A stretch of DNA of 64,000 nucleotides from positions 1-64,000 of IMG/VR virus record IMGVR_UViG_2667528037_000002; one strand, 5' to 3'. The position numbers and the translations under genes are program-made. This document shows positions 19,145-26,965 of the stretch, in pieces (within the stretch, counting starts at the first letter, position 1; the number at the start of each line of letters is the position of its first letter). Under the pieces are notes generated by a model. That model had not been told where the DNA came from, did no database searches, and saw only the letters and a list, made by a program, of their open reading frames with translations. The DNA comes from a virus (lineage: Duplodnaviria; Heunggongvirae; Uroviricota; Caudoviricetes).

Positions 19145-19533
19145 CCGACGGTCGGCTCACCGACGAGCAGATCGCGGCGCTTGTCGATACCCAGCTGGTC
19201 GGACTCAATGACCAGTTCATCGGCCGACGCCCCACCTGCCAGCACCCGCAACACGCGTGTAGGCGGCCGGTCACCGCAGTCGTCTCGGTACACGTCCTGG
19301 ACAACTGCGACGGCGAGGAGGCAGACGAGTTCGGCAACGAGGTGTTCCTGTTGTGCACGAATTGCGCACGGGCGCTGTGGATGGCGGCCCAGTGGGAGGT
19401 ACGCGACCGCACGGTCGCCGCTACCCGTGCTGGCGTTATACCCATGTGCTCTACCTGCCAGGCGCCGGTGGTCAAGCCATCGCACATCGTGCGCGATGTA
19501 CGAAAATTCGAGGAGGTTTTCAATGCACCGTGA
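19141..19533 (+). CDS. Hypothetical Cys-rich protein
   Basis: ORF track frame. Confidence 0.45.
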   Translation: MTDGRLTDEQIAALVDTQLVGLNDQFIGRRPTCQHPQHACRRPVTAVVSVHVLDNCDGEEADEFGNEVFLLCTNCARALWMAAQWEVRDRTVAATRAGVIPMCSTCQAPVVKPSHIVRDVRKFEEVFNAP

Positions 19534-19840
19534 GTGGACCCCGGAGCAGCTAAAGCGTTGGCGCATACGCAAAGCGCAGGACGGCGAACAGACACCCTGG
19601 CAGCGCCGGGACTGGTCCGCACTGCCTGACGACGTCCTGACCGCGTCGCCGCAATGGTGCATATGGCGGCCCTGGGAGCAACATCCCATCGCTTGCGTCG
19701 ACACTCAGCAAGACGCCATACGGCACGTCATCCTCCAGTTGCAGAGTGCGTACCTACGCGCGGCTGAGCGGGAGGAACTGGAGCGACAGGGCATGGAGCT
19801 AGCGCGCATCAACAACCGGCCGCGGGTGTTGGAGTCATGA
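19523..19840 (+). CDS. Hypothetical protein
   Basis: RBS gaggagg, in-frame ATG of ORF 19181..19840. Confidence 0.45.
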   Translation: MHREWTPEQLKRWRIRKAQDGEQTPWQRRDWSALPDDVLTASPQWCIWRPWEQHPIACVDTQQDAIRHVILQLQSAYLRAAEREELERQGMELARINNRPRVLES

Positions 19841-20448
19841 GCGTGATTCTTGAGGCCCTGGCGCTATTTCTTGCGGCCAGTGGCGGATTCACCGCGTACC
19901 TGTTGACGCTCGGCCAGCGCCGACGCGGCAACCAGATCCAGATCTCCGGCGACAATTCCGTCGCTATCCAGGCTGGCGGGACCATCACGGTGCAGGCCAG
20001 CCGCGGTAGCATCGCCGCCCACACCATCGTCGGCAACGTGAACGTCGGTGGTGAGCGCTGGGTCGGAGTCGAACCGAACCCGCTACGGCGTGCACTACTT
20101 GCCCGCTCTGGTCCGGGCCAGCCGCTGTACATGTTCGGCGAGGTCGACTCCTACGACGAGTTGCCCAGCATGGTCAACGCAGCCACCGACCACATCGGCA
20201 AGTGGTGGTGGGACCGCACGAGCGAGGTCGCATACCTCTGGCTCGGCCAGGGCTACAAGGTCCTAGGGGCACCCGGGATAGTCAAACCGACACGACCCGA
20301 CACCTACCGCATATCTGAGTTTGCCGCACAATGCGCCTGCCCCCGTTGCGGATTCATCAACACCCACTACATCCAGCCATGCACACAGGACCCCGGCTCT
20401 GTTACCCGGGAGTGCACGGAGTGTGGACAGACTTGGAGGCAGCAGTGA
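19837..20448 (+). CDS. Membrane-anchored protein with C-terminal zinc ribbon
   Basis: N-terminal TM helix, CPRCG...CTECG. Confidence 0.5.
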   Translation: MSVILEALALFLAASGGFTAYLLTLGQRRRGNQIQISGDNSVAIQAGGTITVQASRGSIAAHTIVGNVNVGGERWVGVEPNPLRRALLARSGPGQPLYMFGEVDSYDELPSMVNAATDHIGKWWWDRTSEVAYLWLGQGYKVLGAPGIVKPTRPDTYRISEFAAQCACPRCGFINTHYIQPCTQDPGSVTRECTECGQTWRQQ

Positions 20449-20897
20449 TCTATCAGACCGTTCGCCTGGACGATCAGACCACCCCAGTTGCGTTACACCG
20501 CAACGGTAAGAAGTGGCCAATACCCTTCCGCCTTAACCTCGCACACGATGATTTCGTTCGCGCCAGGCTGACCGACACCCTGCACCCCGGCGACATCCTG
20601 GACCTGCCGTTCAACGTCACCGGCACCATAGTGGAGATCGCCGTATGGCCGCCGAAAGCCCGCGACAACGACGGCCACTGGTTCGCACGCAAGACCCACC
20701 CATACCGAATCGCCCTGCAATTCCACGCCTTCGATACCTGCCCTCAATGCGACACCCAGGCGGCACACCAGGTCGAGATACCCGAGTACGAGACGTGGTG
20801 GGACAGCCCGCTAACCGCCGAGTTCCCGCACCGCAGGTACGTCCTCCGCACCTGCATCACATGCCGCAACTCATGGGAACAGGACGAGGCGCAGTGA
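20445..20897 (+). CDS. Hypothetical protein with Cys4 motif
   Basis: GTGA overlap start. Confidence 0.45.
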   Translation: MIYQTVRLDDQTTPVALHRNGKKWPIPFRLNLAHDDFVRARLTDTLHPGDILDLPFNVTGTIVEIAVWPPKARDNDGHWFARKTHPYRIALQFHAFDTCPQCDTQAAHQVEIPEYETWWDSPLTAEFPHRRYVLRTCITCRNSWEQDEAQ

Positions 20898-21199
20898 GCA
20901 GCGCAGGCGCACCGGTCCTATGCGGCTGCGGCCACTACACCCCGGACATGGCCATGGTGTTGCAGGGCTACGGCTGGACGTGCCCCGGTTGCGGGCGCCG
21001 CTGGGTCAAATACCAGGACCGCATCTGGTTCCTGGAGCCAGGACAAGAGCTGCCCGTAACGGCCTGCCTCAAGTGCGGCCAACAGATTGACGACGACCAA
21101 CGATGCATACCTGTCCTAACCGGGCCACCCGTGCCAAACGTCCTCGTATCCAACCACGACTACATCCACCTCGACTGCCTGATAGGAGTAACCCTGTGA
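20894..21199 (+). CDS. Hypothetical Cys-rich protein
   Basis: GTGA overlap start. Confidence 0.4.
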   Translation: MSSAGAPVLCGCGHYTPDMAMVLQGYGWTCPGCGRRWVKYQDRIWFLEPGQELPVTACLKCGQQIDDDQRCIPVLTGPPVPNVLVSNHDYIHLDCLIGVTL

Positions 21200-22233
21200 C
21201 GCAACGTGATCCGCACCGCTGCGCGCTCGGACACCGATGCGTAAACCACGACTGGTCAACCATCGTCGACGAAGATGACGCACCCTCCGGTCAACTCATT
21301 GCCGACGGTGTGATCTGCGGCGGCTGCCTAACCCGCCTCCGGTACGCCGTCAACGGCCTACCCCGGGACTGGGACCGGCTCCACGAAGGCATCGGCGAAC
21401 GCGTGTACGTCGACCGAGCACGCGTCACCATGACCTCCACCGCAGCCATCAACCTCAACACCCAACGCGACGCCCTCCAACGCGACATCGTCGAGACCGC
21501 TGACCGCGCAGCGGAAATGGTTGAACACGCGATGAACCTGACCGGCAGGCAGCGCCACGGCCGCCAGGGCTTCACCGTCCACCAACGTCAGGTAGTCGCC
21601 CGCTCCGTCGCCGTCGTCAGCGAAAACCTGGACGTACTCCTGGCCCAACCCGCCCAACCCATGCTCGTCTGGGGCCGAGTACCCGACGGCGACGAGGGCT
21701 GGCATCCCCAGCACGGACAACCCCGCCACCTCGTAGACCGCGACGGCGTCGACATCGCCCTCCAACTAATCGAGCTGTCCCGCAACGTCTACCAGGCCCT
21801 CGGACTACCCCGACTACGCCACCACTCCGCCATGCCCTGCCCCGCAGTCAAACGGGACGGCCAGCAGTGCGGCGCCTACACCGTCGGCCGCTGGGACGGC
21901 ACCAGCCAATACGACTGCACCACCTGCGGCCGAACATATGGCGAACGGGAATACCCCTGGCTCCAGCGCGGCGTCATCGACCTCATGCGCGAACTCGAAG
22001 AACGGGAGAAAAACATGCAACTACTCGACCAACTCAAACACCTACTAGCCGAGGCATACTGGCGCCTCGACGGCATCAACGACATGGTCCAGCGTGTCGC
22101 CGACGAGCCACTGCTGGACGAGGCGGGCGCCGGACGACTGGTCGTCGACAAGGTGACCACGATCCTCAACGACGGGCTGGTACCGCACCAGACACCCGAG
22201 CAGCGGCAGACCACCCCGGCGGGCGGTAACTGA
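21196..22233 (+). CDS. Hypothetical protein with zinc-finger motifs
   Basis: ORF 21103..22233 frame. Confidence 0.5.
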   Translation: MTQRDPHRCALGHRCVNHDWSTIVDEDDAPSGQLIADGVICGGCLTRLRYAVNGLPRDWDRLHEGIGERVYVDRARVTMTSTAAINLNTQRDALQRDIVETADRAAEMVEHAMNLTGRQRHGRQGFTVHQRQVVARSVAVVSENLDVLLAQPAQPMLVWGRVPDGDEGWHPQHGQPRHLVDRDGVDIALQLIELSRNVYQALGLPRLRHHSAMPCPAVKRDGQQCGAYTVGRWDGTSQYDCTTCGRTYGEREYPWLQRGVIDLMRELEEREKNMQLLDQLKHLLAEAYWRLDGINDMVQRVADEPLLDEAGAGRLVVDKVTTILNDGLVPHQTPEQRQTTPAGGN

Positions 22234-22589
22234 TGGGCGTGCAGACGGTCGTCAGCACGATCTACAAATGCGACCGGTGCGGGTCCGAGTCCACCAGCTC
22301 CCGGGACTATGAGCGCGGCGCCCACGCAGGCGCCAAGGGCGAGAAGTACTGGTGGTGCGCCGCCTGCTACACCGCCTTCCTCCGGTTCGCCGCCAACCAG
22401 GGCACTACGCAGGAGGTCTGGCTGGGGTACCAGGGCGACGGCACCGCCCTCCAGGGCGGCTCCCGGCTGCAAGTGGTGTTCGGCGACGAGAGCACCGCCC
22501 AGGCGTGGTATTCAGGGCTGGAGCCGGGGTCGTGGGACTACCGCAGCATCACCCGGCACAAGGTCGTCAGCGCGGGGCAGACCCCATGA
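22233..22589 (+). CDS. Hypothetical zinc-ribbon protein
   Basis: ORF track. Confidence 0.45.
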   Translation: MGVQTVVSTIYKCDRCGSESTSSRDYERGAHAGAKGEKYWWCAACYTAFLRFAANQGTTQEVWLGYQGDGTALQGGSRLQVVFGDESTAQAWYSGLEPGSWDYRSITRHKVVSAGQTP

Positions 22590-22939
22590 CCGGCACCGCG
22601 GTCGAGGACCTGGAGGTCCTGGAGACCCGGGTCTACCGCCGGTACGCCCAGGCAGTCGCCGCCAGCATCCCCGCTATGCCGGACTTCTCCGACTGGCTGG
22701 ACATGCTGTCCGCGCCAACCAAGTACACCGTCGACACCGCGCTGGTATGCGCCGACACCGTCACACAGGTTCCGCAGTTCCCGCCCGAACGCTGGATCAC
22801 GTACCCGGCCCGGCGCCGCGTGTCGCTGATGCTGGCCGACGAGATGCTCAACCGCATCAACGACGGCAACACCGCCCACGACTGGCTCACCATGGCCGGA
22901 ATCCTGCTGACCTTCGGGGGACGGAGCCGCGAGGCATGA
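22586..22939 (+). CDS. Hypothetical protein
   Basis: ATGA overlap. Confidence 0.45.
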   Translation: MTGTAVEDLEVLETRVYRRYAQAVAASIPAMPDFSDWLDMLSAPTKYTVDTALVCADTVTQVPQFPPERWITYPARRRVSLMLADEMLNRINDGNTAHDWLTMAGILLTFGGRSREA

Positions 22940-23023
22940 CGCCGCGTACCCGGCACCTGCTTCCATGGAACCCAGAGACGGGACACATCAACGTATCCCG
23001 CAGCCCAGCGATAGGGCACGACT

Positions 23024-23449
23024 ATGACTGACCAGAAAGTTTGGAAGTGGACAGGCGACAGCCGCGAGGACAAGGCGAAACGTGTCGCACTGTCCTACCG
23101 CCAGCTCCTTGAGGACGTCGCGGCCGGACGCATCAGCGACCCCATGCAGGCCCTCATCGAACGCGACAGGTACTGGCAAGACCTCGGCGTCTACTGGGCA
23201 GTGCCATCCGTCGCCCCCGTCGACCAGGAGGCGTGGTTGTCGGCCGCCGACCTCGTCATCCACCTCGCCCACATCGTCCAACTCACCGAGCACCAGGTCC
23301 GCAACTGGGCGTACCGGCGACGAAAAGGACTGGGCGACGGCATAACCGAGCGCACCGGGCCAGAAGGCAAACCGGAATACAACGTCGCCGACGTCCTTGC
23401 CTACCTCACCCGCCAACGCGTCCGACGACAGGGAGGCACAAGCGCATGA
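23024..23449 (+). CDS. HTH DNA-binding protein (Xis/MerR-like)
   Basis: ORF track. Confidence 0.45.
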   Translation: MTDQKVWKWTGDSREDKAKRVALSYRQLLEDVAAGRISDPMQALIERDRYWQDLGVYWAVPSVAPVDQEAWLSAADLVIHLAHIVQLTEHQVRNWAYRRRKGLGDGITERTGPEGKPEYNVADVLAYLTRQRVRRQGGTSA

Positions 23450-23790
23450 TCTGGGAACTATGGGCCACCCCGTCCGGCCAGATCTTCTGGCAGCTCGACA
23501 ACTGGGGCGGCTTCTACAAATGCGAACCGCCCAGCAACGGCCGCGAGACGGTGGAGACGCTGCCCGCCGACGCCCGGCCACTGATCAACGACGGCAGGTG
23601 GATCACCGGCGTCATGGACGCCGCCGAAGACGAGGCCCAACGCCGCATCATGGAGCCCGACTGGCCAACCCAACGTGTAGAACGCCCCTACGAGAAAGCC
23701 CAGCGCCTGCGGTTTGAGCGGTACATGGCAGAGGTCAAGAGCATGACCGCAGCGGCCATCGCAACGCCCCAGAATGGCGGAACGTCATGA
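23446..23790 (+). CDS. Hypothetical protein
   Basis: ATGA overlap. Confidence 0.45.
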   Translation: MIWELWATPSGQIFWQLDNWGGFYKCEPPSNGRETVETLPADARPLINDGRWITGVMDAAEDEAQRRIMEPDWPTQRVERPYEKAQRLRFERYMAEVKSMTAAAIATPQNGGTS

Positions 23791-24221
23791 CCGGCATCGC
23801 CTTCGTCGACGTGACCCTGGCGTGGAAACGCATCGAGGACCGTTGGCATAAAGGCCGCTGGTTGTGGGTCGCCCACCACCGCGACGACATCGGCGGGACC
23901 TACACCCTGCTGCCACGGACAACGGAGTACCGCCTCTGGGACCCGCCGACCAACACCACCACCGAGGTCGTCAAACGCTGCTGGATCACTGAATACGCGC
24001 CCGGATCGCGCGACTGGGACGCTATTACGTCATCCCGGGACCTCTACTGCGGCAACGACCTACGCGCCGCCCGCAAGGCCGCTGAGAAACACCACGCAGA
24101 GACCCGCCGCCGTTCCGCGTGGGAACGCTACATGCGGAACAACGACCCGCCAGCACCCACAACCCCCGAGGAGCAGCAGCGGATGGACGCCCGTATCTAC
24201 TGGCCGCCGGTCGACGTTTAG
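23787..24221 (+). CDS. Hypothetical protein
   Basis: ORF track. Confidence 0.5.
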   Translation: MTGIAFVDVTLAWKRIEDRWHKGRWLWVAHHRDDIGGTYTLLPRTTEYRLWDPPTNTTTEVVKRCWITEYAPGSRDWDAITSSRDLYCGNDLRAARKAAEKHHAETRRRSAWERYMRNNDPPAPTTPEEQQRMDARIYWPPVDV

Positions 24222-24223
24222 TT

Positions 24224-24250
24224 GCTGGACAGTTCGGCCAACTATCCAGC
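24224..24250. terminator. Hairpin GCTGGA-N15-TCCAGC between convergent gene blocks (candidate bidirectional terminator)
   Basis: Inverted repeat read directly. No clear T-tract. Confidence 0.3.
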
Positions 24251-24505
24251 TCAGCTCGTCAGAGGCTGATCTTCAAGCGCCTGTGCCGCCCTCTTAGCCT
24301 CGTTGAGTGTCTTCTCGTCAGCGATTTCGGACCAGCCAATCGCACCTGGTTCATGGACTAGTGCCTGCCATCTGTACCCGCCATCCGCGGACTTGTAGCG
24401 CGCTAGCTCGTACTGCCTGCGGTAGGCGCCAATTTGCTTACCGCCGCCAATGGCGTCGTATAGGCCAGGGCGGACTTGTTGCCACGGAAGCCTCTCGGCC
24501 ATCAA
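24251..24505 (-). CDS. Hypothetical protein (minus-strand island)
   Basis: ORF track. Confidence 0.45.
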   Translation of the reverse strand: MMAERLPWQQVRPGLYDAIGGGKQIGAYRRQYELARYKSADGGYRWQALVHEPGAIGWSEIADEKTLNEAKRAAQALEDQPLTS

Positions 24506-24523
24506 GCACGGGACCCTTCGTGT

Positions 24524-24775
24524 TCAGGCATCGACGCTTCCGTACTCGGCAGCGGTGCGTTGCGCGGCATGTAGATTCGTGCCGCCAAGTCGCTCGGCTA
24601 CGGCCCGCTTCGCTTCGCGGAGCCCATCCGCATTGGTGATGTGCTCACCGTTGACCTTGGTCACCCACATCCATTCGTTGCAGCCGATCATGCCTTCGCG
24701 CATGCGTACGGCGGTGGCGGTGTTGGAGCCGTCGGTGCCGGTCCAGCGGCCGGGCCGCTCGCACGTCCACTTCAT
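24524..24775 (-). CDS. Hypothetical protein (minus-strand island)
   Basis: Met 40 of ORF 24524..24892 with GGAGG RBS. ATGA overlap with upstream gene. Confidence 0.45.
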   Translation of the reverse strand: MKWTCERPGRWTGTDGSNTATAVRMREGMIGCNEWMWVTKVNGEHITNADGLREAKRAVAERLGGTNLHAAQRTAAEYGSVDA

Positions 24776-25107
24776 CGCTGTACCTCCACATATGAGACGC
24801 CGTACGTTTCTATCTCGGGATGGTTGTCGAGTATTTCTGACCCGGTCGCGGGGTCGTAGTGCTCGATCGGGACGCCGACACCGCGCGCCCACTCAACCAA
24901 GGCCGCGGCGGCGCCTTCTGGCGTGACGTAGACGCCGATCCAACCGCCCCGATGCTCAATCAGTTCGAGTTGCGCGACCCACACCTTGGCTACTACGGCA
25001 TATCCGGCGCGTTCGAGTGCGTCCAGCGCAGCATCTGCCTGTGGCCATCCACCGCCCAGGCTGTCCGCGATGATGTCGCGCGGTGCGGCGACGTCAGGGC
25101 CGGTCAC
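24772..25107 (-). CDS. Hypothetical protein (minus-strand island)
   Basis: ORF track. Confidence 0.5.
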   Translation of the reverse strand: MTGPDVAAPRDIIADSLGGGWPQADAALDALERAGYAVVAKVWVAQLELIEHRGGWIGVYVTPEGAAAALVEWARGVGVPIEHYDPATGSEILDNHPEIETYGVSYVEVQR

Positions 25108-25298
25108 GGTCGGATGTTCTGGCGTCGGACCTCGGCCAGTGTCTCGTCGACCATCTTGTCTGCCGCGTCGTTGGTCAGCCGGACGCCGTCGCCGACGAGG
25201 AATTCTTCTTTGTCGAGGTCGATGTCGTCGACGACCAGGTCATCGCCGAAGGTGAGGCGCTTGAGGTCGGCTTCGCTGTGACTGCTCATGAGGGTCAT
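25104..25298 (-). CDS. Small acidic protein (possible antitoxin-like partner)
   Basis: Met 16 of ORF 25104..25343 preceded by AGGAGG. Confidence 0.45.
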   Translation of the reverse strand: MTLMSSHSEADLKRLTFGDDLVVDDIDLDKEEFLVGDGVRLTNDAADKMVDETLAEVRRQNIRP

Positions 25299-25546
25299 TG
25301 TGCCCCTCCTTTCCGGTACTTGGTGGGCATGGCGTGGATACATACCCAGGTCCAGTCCTGGGTGGCGTGTGGGACCAGGATCAGCTCCAGCTCGACACCG
25401 GTGTCGTCGGTGCCGATGAAGTAGAGGCGCCAGATGCCGTCGCGGTTGTCGACGAGGAGCGGCATACCTGCGTTGCGGAGTGCCGACGTGACGCGGCGCT
25501 TGTTGGCGCGCATCCGCGCTTTCGCTGTGAGTATCACTCTTGCCAT
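25295..25546 (-). CDS. Small basic protein, first gene of minus-strand operon. Start codon embedded in 30-bp repeat.
   Basis: ORF track. Confidence 0.5.
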   Translation of the reverse strand: MARVILTAKARMRANKRRVTSALRNAGMPLLVDNRDGIWRLYFIGTDDTGVELELILVPHATQDWTWVCIHAMPTKYRKGGAQ

Positions 25547-25573
25547 GACTCAGAATGTATAGCGCACTATACG
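25544..25573. promoter_or_regulatory. 30-bp repeat copy 1 (CATGACTCAGAATGTATAGCGCACTATACG): palindrome GTATAG-N4-CTATAC plus -10-like TATAC. Leaderless-type promoter/operator for minus-strand island.
   Basis: Inverted copy at 29063..29092. Start codon of gene 25295..25546(-) is inside the repeat. Confidence 0.5.
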
Positions 25574-25601
25574 AAAGAACAAGCCTTAACGACCTTGCTT
25601 C

Positions 25602-25633
25602 TGTGTATAGCTCTGTATACGTTCCGAGTCATG
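25602..25633 (+). promoter_or_regulatory. Third related promoter copy (TGTATAGctcTGTATACgtTCCGAgTCATG) driving secreted-protein gene
   Basis: Shares TATAC-N2-TCYGA-N-TCATG leader with the two 30-bp repeats. Confidence 0.4.
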
Positions 25634-25969
25634 AAAAGCCTTTATGTAAAACGTATTGCCGTCATCGGTGCCGCCATCGCGGCCCTAACGGTGCTCCCAA
25701 CTGCGACCGCCTCCGCGTTTCCCGACCGTTGCCTGTATGCCGCGACAGACGCCAAGACCTGCCTGGGCGCCCGACCGGCGCCCTTCACGCCAGCCGGTGG
25801 CGGCGGATACAAACCACCGGAGGACCCGGAATGCCCTGAGGGCCAGCACCGTCCATCTACAGCTCCGGCAGGTCCTCGCGCGGGCGAAACTGGAGGTAAC
25901 AGCGCTGGTAGCGGGTCTGCTAGTAGCGGTGGTTCCTCGGCGAGCGGAGGAGCTGGCGCCGGACGGTGA
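25631..25969 (+). CDS. Secreted protein with signal peptide, Gly/Ser-rich C-terminus
   Basis: Met 112 of ORF 25298..25969. MKSLYVKRIAVIGAAIAALTVLPTATASA|FP. Confidence 0.55.
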   Translation: MKSLYVKRIAVIGAAIAALTVLPTATASAFPDRCLYAATDAKTCLGARPAPFTPAGGGGYKPPEDPECPEGQHRPSTAPAGPRAGETGGNSAGSGSASSGGSSASGGAGAGR

Positions 25970-26016
25970 TGGTCGCGGCTACCGAGCGGCTATACAGCCA
26001 AGCCTCAATCCTGTTG

Positions 26017-26034
26017 CAGCACCGCTATACCGCG
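26017..26034. promoter_or_regulatory. Perfect 18-bp palindrome GCTATACCGCGGTATAGC upstream of ncRNA array
   Basis: Read directly. Arms related to the GTATAG/CTATAC operator motif. Confidence 0.4.
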
Positions 26035-26065
26035 GTATAGCTTCGTTTTCAGACAACAAAACAAC

Positions 26066-26189
26066 GGACGACGTGAACAGAATGCAGGTCGGTTATCTCG
26101 GGGTACGCCCCCGTAGTTCAAGTTAGAACGCCCCGAGCCAAGCGGGGAAATGGAGCCAAACCCGCCCAGCGCCAACCACGTTCACGTCA
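26066..26189 (+). ncRNA. Y-RNA-like unit 0 (variant): closing stem GACGTGAAC/GTTCACGTC, internal D-arm-like and CCCCG/CGGGG hairpins
   Basis: 9-bp perfect terminal pairing. Starts with shared motif GTGAACAG..GCAGGTCGGTTATC. Confidence 0.35.
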
Positions 26190-26220
26190 CCCCCAGGCCA
26201 CAACTACATAGACACCAGAT

Positions 26221-26359
26221 GGTGCGAGCAGGACGCAGGTCGGTTACCACTTGTAATGGAGAGGTCGCGGGTTCGAGTCCCGCCAGCCAGCCCCCGGCTG
26301 TAGCTCAGTTGGCAGAGCGCTAAACCCCGGTCAGCACACACACGTTCGCCCCATCACCC
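26221..26359 (+). ncRNA. Y-RNA-like (YrlA-type) unit 1 with permuted tRNA-like module: T-arm GCGGGTTCGAGTCCCGC, closed acceptor-like hairpin CAGCC-agccccc-GGCTG, D-arm TAGCTCAGTTGGCAGAGCG
   Basis: Canonical T-loop and D-loop sequences in T-then-D order with hairpin-closed acceptor stem. No anticodon arm. Flanked by conserved 5' and 3' motifs. Confidence 0.5.
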
Positions 26360-26381
26360 AACACAACTCCATGCACAGCAC

Positions 26382-26507
26382 GGTGTGAACAGGACTTCGT
26401 TCGGTTATCTCCTTTCCTGAGAGAGACGCGGGTTCGAATCCCGCCAGCCATGAAAGTGGTTGTAGCTCAGCGGCCTAGAGCGCTAAACCCGGACGAAACC
26501 CACACGC
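26382..26507 (+). ncRNA. Y-RNA-like unit 2: T-arm GCGGGTTCGAATCCCGC, hairpin CAGCC-atgaaagt-GGTTG, D-arm TAGCTCAGCGGCCTAGAGCG. Ends GGTGTGA/TCACACC pair.
   Basis: As unit 1. Exact 7-bp terminal pairing. Confidence 0.5.
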
Positions 26508-26547
26508 TCACACCACCTCAAACACCAGCAGACGCATGCGTGCAGGC

Positions 26548-26687
26548 GGTGTGGACAGGACGCAGGTCGGTTACCAAAACAGTCAGGTGTGGGTTCGAGC
26601 CCCACCACCTCGCCCGCGGGGTGTAGCCCAATTGGTAGAGGCAATTGTCCACATAGGCCGGTCAGCACCCCACACGCCCACACCACC
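26548..26687 (+). ncRNA. Y-RNA-like unit 3: T-arm GTGGGTTCGAGCCCCAC, short hairpin, D-arm GTGTAGCCCAATTGGTAGAGGC
   Basis: As unit 1. Terminal GGTGTGGA/CCACACC pairing. Confidence 0.45.
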
Positions 26688-26712
26688 TACGCGCACGCAC
26701 GACAGACAACCC

Positions 26713-26832
26713 GATGTGAACAGGAAGCTCGGTCGGTTATCACTCAATTGGTTAATGCAGGTTCAATCCCTGTCGCCTGCACTTAGTGCGGGTGTAAAAG
26801 CGAAATCCCGGTCAGCACACACACGTTCACAT
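26713..26832 (+). ncRNA. Y-RNA-like unit 4 (divergent): closing stem GATGTGAAC/GTTCACATC, T-arm GCAGGTTCAATCCCTGT, hairpin CCTGCAC-tta-GTGCGGG
   Basis: 9-bp perfect terminal pairing. T-loop TTCAATC. Confidence 0.45.
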
Positions 26833-26853
26833 CACCCGCCCAATAGCCCTCGC

Positions 26854-26935
26854 GGGTGGCACGAGCAGGATCGCAGTCGGTTACCCCACCCCTCGCAAGG
26901 ATGACGAACCCCGGCAGCCCTTCACACGTTCGCGC
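26854..26935 (+). ncRNA. Degenerate/partial Y-RNA-like unit 5 (5' motif present, no T-arm) abutting rsr RBS
   Basis: Shared 5' motif GGTGGCACGAGCAGGATCGCAGTCGGTTACC. Confidence 0.2.
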
Positions 26936-26965
26936 CGCCCGCACCCTCTAACAAGGAGATGCACG

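Noticed and set aside
26100-26940. Cluster of canonical tRNA genes
   Set aside because: T-arm and D-arm motifs are present but always in T-then-D order with the acceptor-like helix closed by a loop and no anticodon stem-loop. No parse gives a 5'-acceptor/D/anticodon/T/3'-acceptor cloverleaf. Reinterpreted as Y-RNA-like tRNA mimics.
26060-26940. CRISPR array
   Set aside because: Repeat units are 120-165 nt, internally structured and mutually divergent. There is no short direct repeat with unique spacers and no cas genes.
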